A DNA stretch of 52,904 bases from Candidatus Krumholzibacteriia bacterium (GTDB lineage Bacteria; Krumholzibacteriota; Krumholzibacteriia; WVZY01): NCBI GenBank assembly GCA_046754105.1, contig JBHHVD010000006.1, positions 1 through 52,904 on the forward strand, written 5' to 3'. The stretch's first letter is position 1, and every line of letters begins with the position of its first letter. A program made the position numbers and the translations under genes. Under the pieces are notes generated by a model. It saw only the letters and a program-made list of their open reading frames with translations. It ran no database searches and had not been told where the DNA came from. Shown here in pieces: positions 48,917 through 52,904 of the stretch.

Positions 48917-48932
48917 TGCACGATTCGTACCG
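48917..48932 (-). promoter_or_regulatory. Possible sigma54 promoter for the ABC-TPR-pilD unit
   Basis: Minus strand CGGTACGAATCGTGCA with correct GG/GC spacing, just downstream of the pilA terminator. Confidence 0.5.
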
Positions 48933-48939
48933 AAAGGGC

Positions 48940-48973
48940 AAAGAAAAAAGGCGAAAGACATTCGTCTTCCGCC
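48940..48973 (-). terminator. Intrinsic terminator after pilA
   Basis: GGCGGAAGAC-GAAT-GTCTTTCGCC hairpin followed by TTTTTTCTTT. Confidence 0.85.
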
Positions 48974-48998
48974 TTTTCCCGATCGATCGCCGGTCGTG

Positions 48999-49430
48999 TT
49001 ATTGACCGCTCGACAGCGTCAGAATCAACGCCGCCTTGCCATAACCGGTGATCGTATAACCCACGTTCACGGCAGCCTGGACGATTGGCGCATAAGCCGT
49101 CTCGCCCGGGTTGGCCGCGGCCGCGCCGTTGACCGGCTCGGTGGCAGCTTTGGTGAACGGATTCTGGAGCAGGGCTCCGCCGGGCAGCATGGCGGTAATG
49201 GTGTCGCCCGCCGGTGTCGTGTCGACACCAACGTTGGCGGCATACACGCCGTTATTCTGGACGGCAAAGTCCTCGGCAGCCAACTGCACGGTGTGGCAGT
49301 TCGACTTCATCGAAGCTTCCTTGGCACGCGCCTGCATGCTAATGAAGTTCGGAATCGCGATGGCCGCGAGAATACCGATAATGACCACAACGATCATAAG
49401 CTCGATCAGTGTGAAACCCTTGTTCTTCAT
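48999..49430 (-). CDS. pilA: Type IVa major pilin
   Basis: MKNKG^FTLIELMIVVVIIGILAAIAIPNF class III signal; has its own sigma54 promoter and terminator; downstream of pilR. Confidence 0.93.
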   Translation of the reverse strand: MKNKGFTLIELMIVVVIIGILAAIAIPNFISMQARAKEASMKSNCHTVQLAAEDFAVQNNGVYAANVGVDTTPAGDTITAMLPGGALLQNPFTKAATEPVNGAAAANPGETAYAPIVQAAVNVGYTITGYGKAALILTLSSGQ

Positions 49431-49507
49431 CGGAAGAACCTCCCTTTCTTGTAACGTCGGTCTCTAACCTTGGCCCGACTGTCTTCCCGATCCTGTTCCA
49501 GAGGTTT

Positions 49508-49523
49508 GGCAAGTAATATGCCA
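49508..49523 (-). promoter_or_regulatory. Sigma54 promoter for pilA
   Basis: Minus strand TGGCATATTACTTGCC; IHF-like CAACCTGTTGCTA at 49550-49562; adjacent to the PilR activator gene. Confidence 0.8.
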
Positions 49524-49652
49524 ACCCCCGTCGATCGTGGATACCTTCTCAACCTGTTGCTAACACAAATGTTACTCGATTTATCCGTCCCCGGCATGGC
49601 CGGTGGAAACGCGCGGGTCTTCGAGAACGGCCAAATTGCAACCTGCGATCTC

Positions 49653-51044
49653 TCAATCCTGGTCGGCCATCTCCTTCTTGCGCCGCGCTTCGAGGCCGTA
49701 GCGCTGGATCTTCCGGTAGAGCGTCGATGCGTTGATACCCAGGATCGCGCTGGCGCGTTTCTTCTGCCAGTTGGTGTCCTCGAGGACCTTTATCAGGTAC
49801 TCCTTCTCGAGCTCCTCCAGGGTTACCTGGGCCTTGTCGGTAATCAGCCGCTGGGAACTTCTATCCCGGTTGCGAACGTTCTCGGGGAGTGCGTCGACGC
49901 CGATCTTGGCCGTATCTTCCAGGATGACCGCGCGTTCGATGACGTTCTCGAGCTCCCTGACGTTGCCCGGCCAGCCGTAGTTGACGAGCAGGTCCAGCGC
50001 GTCCCTGCATATGTCCTTGCGCGCCTCCGGCTTGAGGTTTTCATTGAATTTCTTCAGGAAATGGGTCACGAGCAGCGGTATGTCCTCCTTGCGGCGGCGC
50101 AGAGGCGGCAGGTTGATCGGGATCACATTGAGCCGGTAGTAGAGGTCCGCCCGGAACTTGTCCTGCTTGACCGCCCGAGCCAGATCGGCGTTGGTGGCCG
50201 CAATCAGCCGCACGTCTACCTTGATGGGGTTGGTCCCGCCGACGGGGATGATCTCCCGCTCCTGCAATACCCTGAGGAGTTTTACCTGGATGGTCGGCGA
50301 TGTCTCCCCGACCTCGTCGAGGAAAAACGTCCCGCCCTGAGCGACTTTGAACAACCCGTCCTTGTCGCGGATCGCACCGGTGAACGATCCCTTGACGTGG
50401 CCGAACAACTCGCTCTCCAGCAGGCTCTCCGGCAGGGCGCCGCAGTTGATGGTGACGAACGGGTTGTTGGCCCGGCTCGATCGAAAGTGGATCGCGCGCG
50501 CGATGAGTTCCTTGCCGGTCCCGCTTTCGCCGTCAATGAGGATCGTGCTGTCCGTGTCAGCGACCTTGTCCACGAGCGCGAATACTTTGTCGATTTCCTC
50601 GCTCTTGCCAATGATGGTCTTGAAATCGCTGGATCTCCTCAACTGCTTCTTTAGAAGCTGGTTCTCGGCCCGCACCCGTTTCATGTCCAGCGCGTTGCGA
50701 ATGACCGTCCGGATCTCGTCGTTCTTGGCGTGCTTGATCAGATAATGAAAGGCGCCGTGGTTCACGGCGGCGATCGCCGTCTTCTGCGACGCGTACGCCG
50801 TCATGATGATCACCGGCGTCGATGCATCGACCTTCTTGATCTCGGCGAGCAGCTCGATGCCGTCCATCCCGGACATCTTGATGTCGGTAATGATGAGATC
50901 GAACCTGGAGTTGTTTATCTGGTCCAGCGCTTTCTTGCCGTTGTTCACGGCCGTGATCTTGTAGCCGTCCTTACGGAGCATAATGGACAGGAACTGGCAC
51001 ATACTCTTTTCGTCGTCTACAATGAGAATTCTTTCTCCGGCCAT
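49653..51044 (-). CDS. pilR: Sigma54-dependent response regulator PilR
   Basis: Receiver domain (ILIVDDE, DIKM), GESGTGKE, ESELFGHVKGSFTGA, WPGNVRELEN, Fis-type HTH; lies between pilS and pilA. Confidence 0.9.
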   Translation of the reverse strand: MAGERILIVDDEKSMCQFLSIMLRKDGYKITAVNNGKKALDQINNSRFDLIITDIKMSGMDGIELLAEIKKVDASTPVIIMTAYASQKTAIAAVNHGAFHYLIKHAKNDEIRTVIRNALDMKRVRAENQLLKKQLRRSSDFKTIIGKSEEIDKVFALVDKVADTDSTILIDGESGTGKELIARAIHFRSSRANNPFVTINCGALPESLLESELFGHVKGSFTGAIRDKDGLFKVAQGGTFFLDEVGETSPTIQVKLLRVLQEREIIPVGGTNPIKVDVRLIAATNADLARAVKQDKFRADLYYRLNVIPINLPPLRRRKEDIPLLVTHFLKKFNENLKPEARKDICRDALDLLVNYGWPGNVRELENVIERAVILEDTAKIGVDALPENVRNRDRSSQRLITDKAQVTLEELEKEYLIKVLEDTNWQKKRASAILGINASTLYRKIQRYGLEARRKKEMADQD

Positions 51045-51075
51045 TCAGGTTCTCCCGTGCCTTTCTTCAGTGCGA

Positions 51076-52779
51076 TCAGGTCAGCGATCCCAGCGTTTCA
51101 CGCTGGCTGCGATTCACGAGTATGGTCGTACTCGGGAACACGATGGACATCTCGACGCCCCCGCGTGCCCGATTTTTTGCCTGGATGCGGCCCCCGTGGG
51201 CCGTCACGATCTTGTTGGCGATCGCCAGCCCCAGCCCCGTTCCACCCTCTTTGGTGGTAAAAAACGGCTCGAAGAGCCGGTCGAAAGCCTCCTCGCTGAT
51301 GCCGCCCCCTTCGTCCTGAAACGCGACGGACAGCGACCCATCGGCAAGCCTGCGTGCGCGTATCGTCAGCGTGCCGCCTTCTTCCATGGCCTCGCAGGCG
51401 TTGATGGCCAGGTTGAGGAACACCTGCTTCATCTGCTCCTCGTCGAACCTGACGACCACGTCCTTGACTTCGTTGCCGATCTCCGCCCTGGCCTGGCACC
51501 TCAGAGTGGTGTTGTTCTCGAGCAGCGCCAGAACTTCGTCGAGGCACCGGCAGACCGATACCTCGTCCATGGCCGGTGGCCTGAGACGGGCAAACTCCAG
51601 AAAATCGGTAATGATACGATCGAGACGATCGGATTCCTTCATGATGAGTTCCATCAACCGCCTGTTCTCGCTATCCAGGTCGAGCTCGTTGTTGAGCATT
51701 TCTATCGACCCGCTGATCGACGCCAGCGGATTCCGGATCTCATGGGCGATGCCGGCCGATAACTCGCCGACCGCAGCCAGACGATCCGCCTTTCTGACCC
51801 GTTCCTGCATGTCCCTCACCTCGGTAAGGTCCTGAAAGACCGCTATGATGCCTCTCTTGTTGCCCTCATCATCCCTGAGCAGAGAAATGCTAATACCCAA
51901 CGGCAGGTCCTTGCCGCCGGCACGCCGGACCGTCATCTCGTGACGTGACTTGCTCTCCTTGAACTGCAGGGCCTTTGCAAGCTCGCCCCCCAATTCCGGC
52001 GTCGTTGCCGCGAAGACCGTAGCGGCGTTCATCGTCTCAATATCCTTCCTGTCCACGCCGAGGATCTGCTCGGCTTTCGGATTGATCGAAAGGATGCTTC
52101 CCTCGAAATCGATCACCATTACCCCGCTGCTCATGTTATTGAGAATACTGTCGGTGTCGACCTTGAGTTGCCTCAGCTTACTCTCCGCGCGATCCAGCTG
52201 TCGGCCCTTCTGACTGATACGTTCCGCCAGGTAGCCGCTCAGCGCGCCCACGAGCAGAAAAAGCGAGACGTGCATGTACATCTGCAAGAACTCCGGCCCA
52301 CGCACAATCGCCTCCGGCCCTGCTGCATTCGGAGCCAACACGCCCTGTGACTCCAGGACGCCGTATCCGATATACAGCAGGCTGGCCAGGATCGCGATCA
52401 CCAGTCCGCCCGTTACCTCCAACAGGAACGCAGCCGCTATGATCGGCCAGCAGTAGATCAGCGCGAACTGACTGGCGACACCGCCGCTGTACCGAAGAAT
52501 CGCCGTTACCAGCGCGATGTCCGCGATCATCATCAACCATGCACCCGTTACCGGGTCGAGCCGCAACCGCAGCCCCGCGTAAAACATCCCCCCCACGGCA
52601 TAGCTGAGGACGAGCATCAGGTAGAGCGGGCCGACCGAGAACTCGCTGTGGCTCAGCTGGACGATCATTATCCCCGCACCCACCACCAGCGTGAGCACAA
52701 TCATTCTCAGGCCCACGAACCACCCGAGCGCCCGCGGATTCAGGAATGAACCCGATGGCCTGAGTTCCCCCATCTTCAC
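51076..52779 (-). CDS. pilS: Sensor histidine kinase PilS
   Basis: Multi-TM N-terminus, PAS domain, AHEIRNPLASISGS, NLAINA, FEPFFTTK.GGTGLGL; GTG start overlaps the pilC stop. Confidence 0.9.
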   Translation of the reverse strand: MKMGELRPSGSFLNPRALGWFVGLRMIVLTLVVGAGIMIVQLSHSEFSVGPLYLMLVLSYAVGGMFYAGLRLRLDPVTGAWLMMIADIALVTAILRYSGGVASQFALIYCWPIIAAAFLLEVTGGLVIAILASLLYIGYGVLESQGVLAPNAAGPEAIVRGPEFLQMYMHVSLFLLVGALSGYLAERISQKGRQLDRAESKLRQLKVDTDSILNNMSSGVMVIDFEGSILSINPKAEQILGVDRKDIETMNAATVFAATTPELGGELAKALQFKESKSRHEMTVRRAGGKDLPLGISISLLRDDEGNKRGIIAVFQDLTEVRDMQERVRKADRLAAVGELSAGIAHEIRNPLASISGSIEMLNNELDLDSENRRLMELIMKESDRLDRIITDFLEFARLRPPAMDEVSVCRCLDEVLALLENNTTLRCQARAEIGNEVKDVVVRFDEEQMKQVFLNLAINACEAMEEGGTLTIRARRLADGSLSVAFQDEGGGISEEAFDRLFEPFFTTKEGGTGLGLAIANKIVTAHGGRIQAKNRARGGVEMSIVFPSTTILVNRSQRETLGSLT

Positions 52780-52904
52780 TAGCCTCCAATGACGTTGATC
52801 AGCTTGAACATCGGGAGGTACATCGCTATCAGCATGCCACCGACCAGCGTACCCATCACGACGATCATCACCGGCTCGTTCACGGACGTGAGTGCCTCCA
52901 CTGC
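52779..52904 (-). CDS. pilC: Type IV pilus platform protein PilC, C-terminal fragment (cut by the window edge)
   Basis: Manual translation AVEALTSVNEPVMIVVMGTLVGGMLIAMYLPMFKLINVIGG* matches the PilC/GspF C-terminus; not in the ORF track. Confidence 0.9.
   Translation of the reverse strand, partial: AVEALTSVNEPVMIVVMGTLVGGMLIAMYLPMFKLINVIGG

Noticed and set aside
48999..49430. Electrically conductive e-pilin, suggested by the Geobacter-like gene context
   Set aside because: Only 8 F/Y residues (plus 1 His) in 138 mature residues, about 6%; position 27 is Met rather than Tyr; the pilin is not truncated.
52870..52890. PilC reads SVNEP where a hydrophobic residue before EP is usual
   Set aside because: A single-base difference near the sequence end; it cannot be told apart from a sequencing error.

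Overview
GC-rich bacterial chromosome segment of a diderm, LPS-making organism. The mix of Bacteroidota-style envelope genes (BamD, DUF4837-, DUF4292- and DUF3467-like) with a Myxococcus/Geobacter-style type IVa pilus cluster suggests an FCB-affiliated candidate phylum such as Krumholzibacteriota, Latescibacterota or Eisenbacteria; this placement is inference only. About 55 genes are present, nearly all on the minus strand. In transcription order: pilC (partial)-pilS-pilR-pilA-ABC ATPase/permease/TPR (PilHI/Xap-like)-pilD-pilMNOPQ; rsmD-coaD-obgE-dprA-lpxL; split hldE; a COG2403 ArcE/cDPGS-like ligase followed by sucCD-ndk-yceD-rpmF-plsX-fabH-fabD-fabG-acpP-fabF-rnc and a Cys-rich orphan; TPR-DUF4292-ECF sigma/ZAS anti-sigma-DUF4837; TPR-efp-accB-pilT/U-accC; ftsK-rimO; envelope genes-bamD-nadD-polA-coaE. 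Only three genes are on the plus strand: a CxxCH lipoprotein plus FadL-type beta-barrel pair, and a DUF3467-like gene. I saw no tRNA, rRNA, CRISPR array or mobile element. The best candidates for something new are: (1) four sigma54-type promoters that link the pilus cluster to a remote TPR-efp-accB-pilU-accC operon; (2) a possible heme-c lipoprotein/beta-barrel pair; (3) an arginine-synthetase-like gene apparently co-transcribed with sucCD-ndk; (4) a 10-Cys orphan after rnc. All calls come from motif recognition by eye; no database searches were run.
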